From NCBI GenBank assembly GCA_039818205.1, contig JBCBUK010000010.1:32001-96000 (forward strand): a DNA stretch of 64,000 nt. Direction: 5' to 3'. Origin of the DNA: Verrucomicrobiota bacterium. Lineage in GTDB: Bacteria; Verrucomicrobiota; Verrucomicrobiia; Opitutales; Cerasicoccaceae. Under the pieces are notes generated by a model. The model did not search any database. It saw only the letters and a program-made list of their open reading frames with translations, and was not told the DNA's origin. This document shows, in pieces, positions 9,282 through 19,914 of the stretch. The position numbers were made by a program, and so were the translations under genes. Every line of letters starts with the position of its first letter. The stretch's first letter is position 1.

Positions 9282-10678
9282 GGTTGTGTTTTATCCTCGA
9301 GCCGGGCATCTCTTACTTTGAGCCAGCGACGGTACGATTGATCAAAGAGTTTGCCTTGGCGACGTTGGACCGCCGCCGCTGCCTCTTCTGGGGTTAGGTT
9401 CTGGAGCGCTACTTGATCAAAGGCGTTCACCATGTCTCGATTGAAGTCCATGATGTTGGTTAGGCGTGACCGTCCCGAAGCGTAGGGACTCTCTGCGAGC
9501 TCACGGTAGATTTTGATCTTTGGGTTGGGATGGTTTTCGTAGAAGGATTCGCTGGTCTCCACGAGCGGGCTGAACTTCAGCTGTTTGGCGCAGAGCTTTT
9601 CGAGGTTTTCAGGTCGTTGCAACCACGACAGAAACTTAAACGCTTCCTGCGGGTGCTTGGCCCCGCGCGGGATCACAATCACATCGGTTTCGACGATGGC
9701 GACACCGTAGCGATCTGGGTCGGTTGACGGGAAAGGCGCGACTCCCCAATCGAAACTCTTGGGGGCGAATTTCTCGATGAAGTTATGCATCCAAGGGCCT
9801 TGGTGGACCATTGCGATACGGCCGTTGAAGAAAGGGTTTTCCGCGGAAGCAAAATTGCCGCTCGCCTGGCGAAAGCGCAGGAGTTCATCGGCGCCAAATC
9901 GTTCCGGGTAGCTCGCCATCCATTCCAGGGCCGCAATACTGGCATCGCTTTCGACGGTGATGGCGTCCTTGCGATTCCAAACATCGCCTCCGAACCAGTA
10001 GGCCCAATTGGGAAGCCACCAGCCGGGCTCTTGTGGGAGGTGTCCCAGCACCTCGATGTCTCCATCGTCGTCGAATCGAGTGATATGTTCGTTAAAGGCT
10101 TCGAGTTCGGCGATCGTTCTGGGTGGCTTCTCTGGGTCGAGCCCCGCTTCGCGAAACAAGTCTTTGTTCCAATGTAGGCCCGTTGCCCCGGGCGTTGATG
10201 GCAGGCCCCAGAGGCGGTCAAACTCGGTAAGCTCGCTCCAGATTGCGGGTAGGTAATCGCTTTCGTGGATATCGTGGGATGCTGCCAAGTCATCGAGCTG
10301 GGTGAGGGCTCCGTTGGCGGCAAAGATGGGGACGTTCATCGACCAGAGTCCGGCAAGGTCGGGCGGGTTCCCGCCAGCGGCGGCAAGCATGAGCTTTCGG
10401 CTAATGAAACTGATCGACAAGAACTCAACATAGATCTCGTTTTGAGACGCATTGAAGTCATCGACTAGGTCTTGCATCGCTTGATGCTCGGAGCCAGTCC
10501 ACTTATCCCAATACTGGATCACCACGCGGCCGTCTTCACGTGGATTCTCGCCGCAACCACTTAGCAGCACGAGCAAAGCGACCAATATAACTGGTACGCG
10601 GAACGAGATGGCTGAAAAACGTTTGCTCACAAGTAGATCGGTTGAGCTTGAAGACGGGAGCGTTGAGGGGCAATCCAA
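9278..10678 (-). CDS. sugar ABC transporter substrate-binding lipoprotein (start uncertain)
   Basis: Lipobox LLSGC, AGGNPPDL, WNKDLFREAGLDPEKPPRT, FFNGRIAM. Confidence 0.92.
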   Translation of the reverse strand: MDCPSTLPSSSSTDLLVSKRFSAISFRVPVILVALLVLLSGCGENPREDGRVVIQYWDKWTGSEHQAMQDLVDDFNASQNEIYVEFLSISFISRKLMLAAAGGNPPDLAGLWSMNVPIFAANGALTQLDDLAASHDIHESDYLPAIWSELTEFDRLWGLPSTPGATGLHWNKDLFREAGLDPEKPPRTIAELEAFNEHITRFDDDGDIEVLGHLPQEPGWWLPNWAYWFGGDVWNRKDAITVESDASIAALEWMASYPERFGADELLRFRQASGNFASAENPFFNGRIAMVHQGPWMHNFIEKFAPKSFDWGVAPFPSTDPDRYGVAIVETDVIVIPRGAKHPQEAFKFLSWLQRPENLEKLCAKQLKFSPLVETSESFYENHPNPKIKIYRELAESPYASGRSRLTNIMDFNRDMVNAFDQVALQNLTPEEAAAAVQRRQGKLFDQSYRRWLKVRDARLEDKTQP

Positions 10679-10684
10679 TAGCGT

Positions 10685-11080
10685 CTAATCCCAGAGCTTC
10701 CAGGGGGCCAGTTCGAGACTGTTCCCCGCCGGGTCGCGGAAGTAGATCGAACGGGCGCCATTGGGCCATTGGTGGTCGTGCTCGATTTCGACGCCGCGCT
10801 CAGTCAATCGTTGAGACCAGGCATCGAGTTGCTCCTGCTCCATACGAAAGGCAAAGTGGCAGACGCCCTCGGCTCCGTGAGTAGGGATCTCGTGCCCTTC
10901 TTCTTCGGCGTAGGCGGGATCAAAGATAAGCAGCATGCAATTGTCGAGTTTGTAAAACAGGAAGTGCTTTTCTACTTTGTTATGCAAAGTTAGATCCAGC
11001 ACCTTACTGTAGAATTGCTCTGCAGCATCCAAATCATCGACGTAGATTGCCGTTTCCAATATTCGCGTTATGGGCGTCAT
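10685..11080 (-). CDS. VOC/glyoxalase family protein
   Basis: MTPITRILETAIYVDDLDAAEQFY...HFAF...RSIYFRDPAGNSLEL. True start is ATG 11080; the track extension overlaps glpK. Confidence 0.9.
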   Translation of the reverse strand: MTPITRILETAIYVDDLDAAEQFYSKVLDLTLHNKVEKHFLFYKLDNCMLLIFDPAYAEEEGHEIPTHGAEGVCHFAFRMEQEQLDAWSQRLTERGVEIEHDHQWPNGARSIYFRDPAGNSLELAPWKLWD

Positions 11081-11105
11081 AGTATGATAGGAAAATATTG
11101 AACGC

Positions 11106-12593
11106 CTATCGATGCCAGTTCTTTGCGCGAGTGACGGCTTCCTGCCAGCGTTCCATTCGCTCGGCGGCTTCCGCCTTCTCCATCGTGGGCTCAAAGACGC
11201 GATCGACTTTCCATTGTTCCGCGATGGCTTTCTCGTTCGCAAATACGCCCGTTGAAAGGCCTGCCAGATACGCGGCGCCAAGAGCGGTGGTCTCGGTGTT
11301 TTGGGGCCGAATGACTGGAACGCCCAGGAGGTCAGCTTGAAACTGCATCAAGAGGTTGTTGTTTGCGGCGCCACCATCAACCCGCAGTTCCTTTAGGGCA
11401 ATTCCGCTATCGGCGTTCATCGCTTGGAGTAGTTCTGCGCTTTGGTAGGCAATGGACTCGAGCGCGGCCCGGGTGATGTGCGCGGCTGAGGTTGCTCGGG
11501 TCAAGCCAACGATGGTGCCCCGGGCATCAGGGTCCCAATGGGGGGCGCCCAATCCAGTAAACGCTGGAACGAGCATGACGCCTCCAGAGTCCGGCACACT
11601 GGCCGCAAGGGGTTCGCTCTCGGCCGCCGTATGGATCATGCGGAGCCCATCCCGGAGCCATTGAATCACCGCACCGCCAACAAAGACGCTGCCCTCGAGT
11701 GCGTATTTGCGTTTTTGGCCTTTATTCTGCCAGGCGATTGTTGTTAGCAAATTGTTCTTCGACTCGACGGGCTTGTCCCCGGTTTGTTGGAGCAGGAAAC
11801 AGCCGGTGCCATAAGTGTTTTTGGCCATGCCTTTTTTGAAGCAGGCTTGACCATAGAGGGCTGCGTGTTGGTCCCCAGCAACGCCGGCGATCGGAGCTCC
11901 GCCGAAGTCGGCACATTGGCCAAAGTCGCCCGCGGAGCTTCGAACTTCGGGTAGGATCTCCCGTGGGATGCCTAAGATCTTTAGCAACTCGTCGTCCCAC
12001 TTGCCCGTGTGTATATTAAATAGTAGGGTGCGGCTGGCGTTTGAGGGATCTGTTGCGTGGACTTCGCCACCGGTCAGGTTGTAGATCAGCCAAGTGTCGA
12101 CCGTGCCAAAGCAGAGTTCGCCTTTCTGGGCGGCCTTCTTGGCGCCATCGACATTCTCCAATATCCAATGAATCTTTGTTCCCGAGAAGTAGGGGTCGAG
12201 AACCAGTCCGGTTTTTTCCAGGACAACTTTGGCTTTGCCGCCCTTACGTAATTTCTCACAGAACTTTGCGGTGCGCCGGTCTTGCCAAACGATTGCGGGA
12301 TGAATCGGCTTACCGGTCTTGCGATCCCAGACCAAGGTGGTTTCGCGCTGGTTGGTGATGCCGACCCCAGCGAGGTCGCGCCCCCGGATACCAGCTTGGG
12401 CTAGGGCTTCAGCGGCGACCGAGCTCTGGCTTGACCAGATTTCGCTTGGGTCATGCTCCACCCATCCCGATTCAGGGAAGTATTGCTTGAACTCTTTTTG
12501 AGAATTGGCGACGGCTTCGCCATCGGGGTTGAAGACAATGGCACGCGAGCTGGTCGTGCCTTGATCGAGGGCAAGGAGGTAGTCTTTGGGCAT
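11106..12593 (-). CDS. glpK: glycerol kinase
   Basis: [46 protein letters not shown]. Confidence 0.98.
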   Translation of the reverse strand: MPKDYLLALDQGTTSSRAIVFNPDGEAVANSQKEFKQYFPESGWVEHDPSEIWSSQSSVAAEALAQAGIRGRDLAGVGITNQRETTLVWDRKTGKPIHPAIVWQDRRTAKFCEKLRKGGKAKVVLEKTGLVLDPYFSGTKIHWILENVDGAKKAAQKGELCFGTVDTWLIYNLTGGEVHATDPSNASRTLLFNIHTGKWDDELLKILGIPREILPEVRSSAGDFGQCADFGGAPIAGVAGDQHAALYGQACFKKGMAKNTYGTGCFLLQQTGDKPVESKNNLLTTIAWQNKGQKRKYALEGSVFVGGAVIQWLRDGLRMIHTAAESEPLAASVPDSGGVMLVPAFTGLGAPHWDPDARGTIVGLTRATSAAHITRAALESIAYQSAELLQAMNADSGIALKELRVDGGAANNNLLMQFQADLLGVPVIRPQNTETTALGAAYLAGLSTGVFANEKAIAEQWKVDRVFEPTMEKAEAAERMERWQEAVTRAKNWHR

Positions 12594-12672
12594 GGTTTAA
12601 TTGAGATAAAATGGGCTCCGTGAATTGTATGGGAATCCACGGAGATTGATGATGACATAATTGCAGCTAAGG

Positions 12673-14160
12673 TCAATCCGTAGTGCGCCGACCGATCCAC
12701 CATATCAGGCCGAAATTCAGAATGACGCCCCACAGCCCGGCGTGGACGCCAAAGGGTTTGTGGGCAATTGAGTCTGGGGCAAAGTAGTTTCCAACCAAGA
12801 AGAATAGCGTGAAGGCGGTGCCTACTAGAAAACCAGTGAGCACGGCCCGTGCATTCAATTGCCTAAAGTAGAGACCGCATAGAAGCGCCGGTGCGGTTTG
12901 GGCAAGGAGTTCCGTTTTTATTTGGATCAGCTGCCAGATGCTTGCTGGCAGGTTAGAGGCAAAGATTACGGCAATGGCCATGACACTCGTCGAAATTACT
13001 TTGCCAAGCAAAGTTAGTCGATGCTGGTCATCGATGTTGGTTAGCGGTCGTAGTAAGTCTTGGGTGGCCGAGGAGGCGATTGCGAGCAGGGCACTGTCGG
13101 CCGTGGACATGATTGCGGCGAACACGGCTGCGACGAACACGATCGTCACCCAGCCGGCAGCGGGATGCGTCATCGCAAAATCTTTGAGAACCAGTAGCGT
13201 AATGCCTTCGCTGGAATCATTGCTCAAACCAGGATAAGCGATGTTGCCGAGTACGCCGATCGTCACCATGAGCAGGGTCGTAATCAGCGGGAAGAACACC
13301 ATCACCTGCAGGGATCTCTTGAGGGTTCGTGGGCTCCTCGCTGCGTATATTCGTTGGATCGCATGAGGGTAGAGCGCCAAGCCAATTGAGACGATCATCG
13401 CAGTCGATACCCAGCCGAGGCATTGCTTAAAACCTGGTGCCTCCCAAAAATCCGGGCGGACTTCATGGAGCTGTTCGGCAGCACCTGAGATGCCACCGAG
13501 GTTCACGAGCGTCGCCACAAAAATGATCGTGCAGCCAACGACCAACAACACGCCTTGGAGGACATCCGTCCAGGCAACACTACGGAGACCACCGAGAGTC
13601 TCGTAGATCAAAATGACAATGGCGAGCAACACGATACCTTGGCCCTCGGACAACAACCCGCCAGTTACAAGGAATGCCATTTCCCCCATTGCCTTGAGAT
13701 TCGTTACCAGGAAATTGCAGAGCGCAATGATACCGGACACCGCAATCAAAGTCGTCAGGCCCCGATGGTTGAATCGGTGCTGTACGTAGTCGCCCAGGGT
13801 TATAAAATTATACTTCCGCGATAGTCTTTGCAGGCGAGGGGCAAAGATTAGATACATGCCAATGATCCCCATCATGAAGGGGAGGGCGACGAGGAAGGTG
13901 AATCCCGAGCGGTAAGCTTTCGCCGCAAAGCCGATCAATGTATTACCGCTATACTGAGTCGCATAGAGCGTGAGCAAGAGGACAATGAATCCGAGATTGC
14001 GACCGCCTAGAAAGAAGTCGCTCATCGAGTTCTCTTGCCGGGCCATTCGCCCAACCAGACCGATTCCAATCAACGCAAGCAGGTAGAATCCGATCACCCA
14101 CATGCCTGCGGTGCCCAGCAGAGGCTCCTCGCCGGCTGTTGCGCCAATAATTGGCATCAT
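12673..14160 (-). CDS. sodium:solute symporter (SSS, PanF/PutP-like)
   Basis: DFFLGGRNLG, YETLGGLRSVAWTDVLQG, AAIMSTADSALL. ATG 14160 overlaps the stop of the upstream small gene. Confidence 0.9.
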   Translation of the reverse strand: MMPIIGATAGEEPLLGTAGMWVIGFYLLALIGIGLVGRMARQENSMSDFFLGGRNLGFIVLLLTLYATQYSGNTLIGFAAKAYRSGFTFLVALPFMMGIIGMYLIFAPRLQRLSRKYNFITLGDYVQHRFNHRGLTTLIAVSGIIALCNFLVTNLKAMGEMAFLVTGGLLSEGQGIVLLAIVILIYETLGGLRSVAWTDVLQGVLLVVGCTIIFVATLVNLGGISGAAEQLHEVRPDFWEAPGFKQCLGWVSTAMIVSIGLALYPHAIQRIYAARSPRTLKRSLQVMVFFPLITTLLMVTIGVLGNIAYPGLSNDSSEGITLLVLKDFAMTHPAAGWVTIVFVAAVFAAIMSTADSALLAIASSATQDLLRPLTNIDDQHRLTLLGKVISTSVMAIAVIFASNLPASIWQLIQIKTELLAQTAPALLCGLYFRQLNARAVLTGFLVGTAFTLFFLVGNYFAPDSIAHKPFGVHAGLWGVILNFGLIWWIGRRTTD

Positions 14161-14360
14161 AACTCCGCGTCCTCCGCGTTTGAGTCCCAGAGTTTGGCGA
14201 TGCTGTAGGCCACGAATGCCGCATAAACCGTTGATGCCGCAATTGTGTAGACCGCCCAGAGTGGAAGTCCAGCGACCGTGAGATCTTGCCCGACCAGGAT
14301 GAAAATCCATGGAGCGGTCAAGGTTAGGAGTCTCAAGTGGGCGATGACGTAGCGACGCAT
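14157..14360 (-). CDS. small membrane protein co-encoded with the SSS transporter (YhdT/DUF3311-like)
   Basis: 67 aa, two hydrophobic segments with PW...GLPLW; ATGA overlap with the symporter, the usual arrangement. Confidence 0.7.
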   Translation of the reverse strand: MRRYVIAHLRLLTLTAPWIFILVGQDLTVAGLPLWAVYTIAASTVYAAFVAYSIAKLWDSNAEDAEL

Positions 14361-14430
14361 GATATTCGGCCAATCAGATTCAAGAAAACTTCTGACTGGA
14401 TTATAAGGGTGTAGGCATCATCGTGGTTTC

Positions 14431-16161
14431 GTGCAAAGTGAAAGTTCATCGAAACAGAAGCTACTCTACTCGGCTGATGAAACGCCGCCACACGCCTTGT
14501 CTGCCTTCCTCGGCTTTCAGGCCATCGCCTTAATGATATCCGGCATCGCGCTGACACCGGTGGTGGTTCTGCGTATTGCCGGGCAAGATGGCTCGGCCAA
14601 CAACTGGGTGATTTTTGCCGCTTTCATGATTAGCGGCCTGACGACTTGTCTTCAGGCGCGTCCTCTCTTTGGACGTTGGGGCTCGGGCTATCCATTATTC
14701 ATGGGAACGAGTGGCGCGTTTATCGCCGTGGGGGCCGCAGCGGTCGAGCAAGGTGGATTGGCGCTCCTTGGAACGCTTGCCGCGTGCTCGGCCTTGGTGC
14801 AGCTCGCACTGGCGGCTCGCCTTTCCTGGTTCCGGCATGTTATCACACCCGCTGTCGGGGGGGTAATTGTCATGCTCATTGTGGTGACCGTGTTTCCCGT
14901 ATGCACGGATCTGCTCACGAAAGTGCCCGAGGGGAAACAGGACATCGAAGCGTTTTGGACGGCGACCGCGACCTTCGTGACGATTATTTTGATCGCGATT
15001 TTTGGTGCGCCGAAATGGCGCCTTTGGGGGCCACTCATCGGGGTGGTCTTAGGAACGCTGGTATCGGTGCCCTTTGGCCTTTTCGATACCACGGTGATTA
15101 GCCAAGCCGCGTGGTTCGGGTTTCCGGATGTTGCCTGGCCAGGATTGGACCTCTCCTTCGATTCGAAGTTTTGGGCCTTGTTCCCCGCCTTTGCGATCGT
15201 GACGGTTGTGGGTGCGATTGAAACCTTTGGCGACGCGGTCAGTATCCAGCGTTGCGGTCACCGCGGAAGCCGACCGATTGACTTTCGCTCAGTTCAGGGA
15301 GCCCTCCGGGCCGACGGCATCGGCAACCTGCTTTCCGGTTTGATGGGGACACTGCCCAACACCACTTATTCCACGAGCATCAGTTTGGTGGAGTTTACTG
15401 GGATCGCCGCTCGTCGGGTGGGGTTCTATGGTGGCGCGATTCTGTTGCTGCTTGCCTTCTTTCCAAAAGTTTCGGCCTTGCTGCAGGCAATCCCAAATCC
15501 GGTTATCGGCGCCTACCTGATCATCCTGTTGGCGGTGTTGTTTTCGGCTGGTGGCATTCGGTTGATCTCCAATGGCGGGCTAAGCCCGGAGAATGGATTG
15601 CTCGTTGGGATTTCCTTTTGGATGGGAACCGCTTTCCAAGGCCGGATGATTTTCCCAGAAATGATGCCAAACTGGCTCCATACAATTATGGACAACGGGA
15701 TGACCGCCGGTGGCTTCACGGCACTCATTATCAGCGGGCTCTTCTATTTACGTCGGCGCAAGCCTGGTCGGCTCGACCTTCCGGCAAAGACTGCGCTGGT
15801 TGGCCCCGTCCAGCAGTTCCTAAGTGCCCGTGCGGGTGCCCAACGTTGGGATGAGGCGGCGATCCGCCGATTGGAGTTGGTCGGTGAGGAAGCCTTGATG
15901 TTCTTGTCGGCGGGTGAAAACGAATCGGAGCAACCGATCCGTCTCAACTTGCACTTTGAGGACGAGGCCGCGACGGTCGAGTTTGCCGTGGGCAGCTCAG
16001 CGATGAATCTCGAAAGCGCTCTGAACGCGGTGCCCGAGCAAGATAAAGGCGAAGAAAACGTTGGATTACATTTGCTTCGCCAGTTGGCTCAAAGCGTCGA
16101 GCATCATCAGTTTGACGATGGCAGCTTCCTTGCGCTCAAGATCGAAAGCCGTCCGCTGTGA
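14431..16161 (+). CDS. NCS2 (xanthine/uracil) permease with C-terminal RsbW/HATPase-like extension
   Basis: YPLFMGTSGAF, ETFGD, GALRADGIGNLLSGLMGTLPNTTYSTS, IPNPVIG; extra ~130-aa soluble C-terminus. Confidence 0.88.
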   Translation: MQSESSSKQKLLYSADETPPHALSAFLGFQAIALMISGIALTPVVVLRIAGQDGSANNWVIFAAFMISGLTTCLQARPLFGRWGSGYPLFMGTSGAFIAVGAAAVEQGGLALLGTLAACSALVQLALAARLSWFRHVITPAVGGVIVMLIVVTVFPVCTDLLTKVPEGKQDIEAFWTATATFVTIILIAIFGAPKWRLWGPLIGVVLGTLVSVPFGLFDTTVISQAAWFGFPDVAWPGLDLSFDSKFWALFPAFAIVTVVGAIETFGDAVSIQRCGHRGSRPIDFRSVQGALRADGIGNLLSGLMGTLPNTTYSTSISLVEFTGIAARRVGFYGGAILLLLAFFPKVSALLQAIPNPVIGAYLIILLAVLFSAGGIRLISNGGLSPENGLLVGISFWMGTAFQGRMIFPEMMPNWLHTIMDNGMTAGGFTALIISGLFYLRRRKPGRLDLPAKTALVGPVQQFLSARAGAQRWDEAAIRRLELVGEEALMFLSAGENESEQPIRLNLHFEDEAATVEFAVGSSAMNLESALNAVPEQDKGEENVGLHLLRQLAQSVEHHQFDDGSFLALKIESRPL

Positions 16162-16170
16162 TGAGATCCG

Positions 16171-16857
16171 TTAGTCGCGTGAGCCCATGAGGAAGCTCGC
16201 GTAGTAAAGCAAGTTGGCTAGGCTGGCAATGAACGCAGCTACATAGGTGAATCCGGCTGCATTCAAGGTGGATACCACGCCGGGAATTTCATCTTGTCCA
16301 ACAATGCCCAAACCAACCAGCTCATTTTTCGCACGTTTGCTGGCGTCAAATTCAACCGGCAAGGTCACAAACTGAAAGAAGGTGATCACGGCCATACACA
16401 TCACGACGATCTTGATACCGATCATGTTGGCAGCGAGAAACGGTAAGAAGAAGCTACCGATGAGGATGAACGGCAGGATCTTGGAAGAAAAGGTGGTGAT
16501 CCCCACCAAGCCCATGCGCATCTCCAGCGCCTTATAGCCGACCTTGTGCTGAATCGCATGACCAGCCTCGTGGGCGGCAACGCCAACAGCGGCCAAGCTG
16601 GAACCACTAAAGTTCTCCCGCGAGAGAGCCAGGCGCTTGTTCACAGGATCATAGTGGTCGGTCAGGTGGCCGCCAATCTGGACGATTTCCACGTCAGTAA
16701 TGCCAGCGCGACGCATCACGGCGTCAGCTGCTTCCGCGCCAGTAATTCGGCTGCGGGTGGGTACCTTTCGCCAGCGATTGTAGGCGCTGGATACTCGATG
16801 TTGGGCCCAAAGGCCGAGGATGATCGTTGGAACGATGATGATTATGAAAAGTGTCAT
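16171..16857 (-). CDS. neutral zinc metallopeptidase (YugP/Zn_peptidase_2 family)
   Basis: LTDHYDP, AAHEAGHAIQH, TLPVEFDASKRA, AAGFTYVAA. Confidence 0.93.
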   Translation of the reverse strand: MTLFIIIIVPTIILGLWAQHRVSSAYNRWRKVPTRSRITGAEAADAVMRRAGITDVEIVQIGGHLTDHYDPVNKRLALSRENFSGSSLAAVGVAAHEAGHAIQHKVGYKALEMRMGLVGITTFSSKILPFILIGSFFLPFLAANMIGIKIVVMCMAVITFFQFVTLPVEFDASKRAKNELVGLGIVGQDEIPGVVSTLNAAGFTYVAAFIASLANLLYYASFLMGSRD

Positions 16858-16890
16858 GTCTAATGTCTATTTGGATTTTGGAAATGTAAG

Positions 16891-16907
16891 AGCAAGCAAA
16901 GTTCCAA
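16891..16907 (-). promoter_or_regulatory. candidate sigma-54 -24/-12 promoter
   Basis: Minus strand reads TTGGAACTTTGCTTGCT (GG-N10-GC), about 35 bp upstream of the peptidase ATG. Confidence 0.45.
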
Positions 16908-17041
16908 TGCTTCCATTTGAAAACGAATGCGCGTAGCGGCAGGAATCAAGCGGCATGCGTCGATTCTTTAGTTTGGCAACGTGTTGGTTTCTCCGTGCCA
17001 ATAGGTCTCAGAGGGTTGAAGGATTGAGTCAAGGTGTCACG

Positions 17042-17632
17042 TTAGTCCGCGAGAACGATATCGCCGTTATCCATGCTGGCAATGGCGACGAGTGATTCGA
17101 CCGGGACCTCGGGGAAACCGTGGTCCCGGAGAAAAGCGCGTCCGCCTTCGAAGGATTTTTCCATGACGCATCCTAGGCCAACGGGAATGGCAGCTGCCTC
17201 ATGTACCAGTTGGAAGAGGGCGCTGGAAGTTTCACCGCGGGCAAGAAAATCATCAACGACGAGTACGCGGTCTCCGGCTTTCAGAAACTCAGCCGCGACA
17301 ACGAGCTCATTGGTTCCCCCCTTGGTCCGACTCGCGGCTTCCGCCAAATAGACAGGGCCGGACATCGTTGCTGGGCGGCTCTTGCGGGCGTAGACCACCG
17401 GCACCTTGAGCGCGAGGCCGGTCATGATCGCTGGGGCGATGCCCGAGATCTCAGCAGTTAGAATTCGGGTGACTCCCTGTTCGGCGAAGCGCCGGGCAAA
17501 TTCCTGGCCGATTGCTTCCATGACCTCGGGCAGTAACTGATGGTTGAGCAGGGCATCGACCTTAAGGATGCCGTGGCCCAGGTTGCGTCCCTGGTTCGAT
17601 ACATAATCCCTGAGGTAGGAAACAATGTCCAT
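17042..17632 (-). CDS. xpt: xanthine phosphoribosyltransferase
   Basis: ILKVDALLNHQL, ILTAEISGIAPA, VLVVDDFLARG, EKSFEGG. Confidence 0.93.
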   Translation of the reverse strand: MDIVSYLRDYVSNQGRNLGHGILKVDALLNHQLLPEVMEAIGQEFARRFAEQGVTRILTAEISGIAPAIMTGLALKVPVVYARKSRPATMSGPVYLAEAASRTKGGTNELVVAAEFLKAGDRVLVVDDFLARGETSSALFQLVHEAAAIPVGLGCVMEKSFEGGRAFLRDHGFPEVPVESLVAIASMDNGDIVLAD

Positions 17633-17652
17633 TGCCGGAGATTTCTTTCTGG

Positions 17653-19779
17653 TTACAGGAGCCCTGCGCGGCGTAGCAGTGCGTCTGAGTCCGGATCCCG
17701 TCCCATAAAGTCATGAAACAGTTTTTCGGGGGGCTCGCTATTGCCTTTCTCGAGGATGGTCTTGCGGTAGGCAAAGCCGGTGTCACGGCTCAGGATCCCT
17801 TCAGCCTTAAAGCGGGTAAATGCATCGGCTTCGAGGGCTTCGGCCCACTTGTAAGAGTAATAGCCACAGGCGTAACCGACTGGGCCAGAAAACAGATGGC
17901 TAAACTGGCGAATGATCGAACGCGGTTTCGTTTTGTACGGGGCGACATAGCCTTGAAGGATCTTGTCGATCAGCTCATCCAGATCTTGATCGCTTGCGTC
18001 GTTCACATGGTTGATATGGAGCTCCAGATCCATCTTGCCCAGGGAGAGCTGGCGCATCGTGGCGCAACCTTGCATGTAGTTGCGGGCATCGATCATCTTC
18101 TTGAACAGGTCGTCAGGAATGGTTGCGTCGGTCTCGTAATGGCGGGCGAAAAGGTCCAGCGCTTCGCGTTCCCAGCACCAATTTTCCATGATCTGAGAGG
18201 GAAGCTCCACGAAATCCCACGCCACGTTGGTCCCGTTAAGTGAGCGAACGTCGACGTGGCCGAGCAGGTGGTGGATTAGATGGCCGAACTCGTGGAAGAT
18301 CGTTTCGACGTCGCGGTGCGTCATGAGTGCGGGTTTCTCCTTGGTTGGTTTGGAGAGGTTGCCTGCCATCAAACCAAGGTGAGGCGTGAAGCCGCCGGAG
18401 CCATCGGGGCCACCCGTGCGGAGTGAGTTCATCCATGCGCCGGAACGCTTGCTTTCGCGTGGAAACCAATCGGCATAGAAGGAGCCCAAATGGGTGTCAT
18501 CGGCGTCGAGGAGGTCATAGAAGCGGACCTCTGGGTGCCAGACCTCAACGGGATCATTGTCGCCGGGTTCTTCGGTCCGGGTAGATTCGCCACTCTCGGG
18601 ATCGATGTAGATCGTGCTGCGATTGGTAATCTTAATACCGAAGAGGCGCTCGGTGAGAGAGAAGAGACCGTCGATCACGTGGTGGATCGGGAAGTAGGGG
18701 CGCAGTTCCTCTTCGTCGAAAGCAAACGCTTCCTGGCGGCGTTTCTCGGCCCAGAAGCCAAACTCCCAAGGCTCCAGGAGTTCATTGGCATCGCCACCGG
18801 TTTTCGAGGCCTTGAATGCACGCAAGGTTTGGTGCTCTTCCTGGAAGGCTTTCTCAACCTTGTCGTGTAGGCTGCCCACGAAACCCAAGGCGTTTGCGCC
18901 ACTTTTTGCCATGCGGCGGGCGAGAGTCAGGTCGGCGAAGTCCTTACGGCCCAGCAGTTCAGCCTTCTTCTGGCGAAGTTGCAAAATCTTGGCAATCAAC
19001 GGGCTATTGTCGTGGGGCTCTTGGCTGGCTGTCTTGGAAGAGGCGATCCAGACATCGCGGCGAAGCGCATCACTCTCAGCATAGCGGAGAACGGGCATCA
19101 TCGATGGCGCATGCAAGTTGAACCGCCACTTCGGGGCCTCGTCGGTGCCGTGGCCTTTGGCATGTGCATCCTCGTGAGCCATGGTCAAGGCACTCTCGGG
19201 CAGACCAGCGAGCTTGGATTCGTCTTCAATGATCAATTCCCAGGCGTTGGTCGAATCCAGGACGTTCTCAGAAAATTTTTGAGTAATCTGCGAGAGCTCC
19301 CGATTGATGGCTTCGAGTTCCTTTTTGGGCTCAGGGGGAAGGTCGGCACCGCTCTCTTCAAAGTCCTGCTTGGTTTCCTCGACCAAGCGCGCGTAAGTGC
19401 CCTCCAGTGTGAGCGTCTCTGGCTTTTCGGCGACAGCTTTCAGGACCGACCACAGTTTCTCATTGAGAGGAATCCGGGTGTAGAACTCACTGACTTTGGG
19501 AAGCATGGCGTTGTAGGCCTCCCGCAGGGTGGTGTTTTCACACACGCTCGTGAGGTGATCGGCGTAGCTCCAGGCGCGGCCGAGATCTTCGGTTGCATTT
19601 TCCAGCGCGAGAAAGGTGGATTCGAAGGTGGCTTGATCTGGATTCTGCTCCGAAATCGCATCGATTCTGGCTTGAGCCTCGTCGATGGCCTGAGAAATGT
19701 CCCGATCGATGTGCTGCGGGCGCAGTCGACTCCAAGGAACGTGAAAAGCGGGGTCTAAGAAAGGGTTGGTGTCACTCAT
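17653..19779 (-). CDS. prlC: oligopeptidase A (M3A metallopeptidase)
   Basis: KRSGAWM, FHEFGH, WDFVELPSQIMENW, GYYSYKWAE, FMGRDPD. Confidence 0.93.
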   Translation of the reverse strand: MSDTNPFLDPAFHVPWSRLRPQHIDRDISQAIDEAQARIDAISEQNPDQATFESTFLALENATEDLGRAWSYADHLTSVCENTTLREAYNAMLPKVSEFYTRIPLNEKLWSVLKAVAEKPETLTLEGTYARLVEETKQDFEESGADLPPEPKKELEAINRELSQITQKFSENVLDSTNAWELIIEDESKLAGLPESALTMAHEDAHAKGHGTDEAPKWRFNLHAPSMMPVLRYAESDALRRDVWIASSKTASQEPHDNSPLIAKILQLRQKKAELLGRKDFADLTLARRMAKSGANALGFVGSLHDKVEKAFQEEHQTLRAFKASKTGGDANELLEPWEFGFWAEKRRQEAFAFDEEELRPYFPIHHVIDGLFSLTERLFGIKITNRSTIYIDPESGESTRTEEPGDNDPVEVWHPEVRFYDLLDADDTHLGSFYADWFPRESKRSGAWMNSLRTGGPDGSGGFTPHLGLMAGNLSKPTKEKPALMTHRDVETIFHEFGHLIHHLLGHVDVRSLNGTNVAWDFVELPSQIMENWCWEREALDLFARHYETDATIPDDLFKKMIDARNYMQGCATMRQLSLGKMDLELHINHVNDASDQDLDELIDKILQGYVAPYKTKPRSIIRQFSHLFSGPVGYACGYYSYKWAEALEADAFTRFKAEGILSRDTGFAYRKTILEKGNSEPPEKLFHDFMGRDPDSDALLRRAGLL

Positions 19780-19914
19780 CGGCTTAAAGACATCACGCCT
19801 CATCGCTAAGTCAACCGCCTATCCCGCTTTGGTTTGTTGGGTCGTTAATAAACGGAACATTATGTGTGAAATTGTCTTTGCTTTCTTTGGCGGGATGCTT
19901 TGGCATGATCGGTG

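Noticed and set aside
16987..17002. TTGGCAC on the minus strand as a second sigma-54 site
   Set aside because: No -12 TTGC element at the required spacing.
18979..19758. 259-aa plus-strand ORF (likewise 4842-5618, 35214-35936, 36607-37263, 9679-10323)
   Set aside because: Shadow or alternate frames fully inside confidently identified genes.
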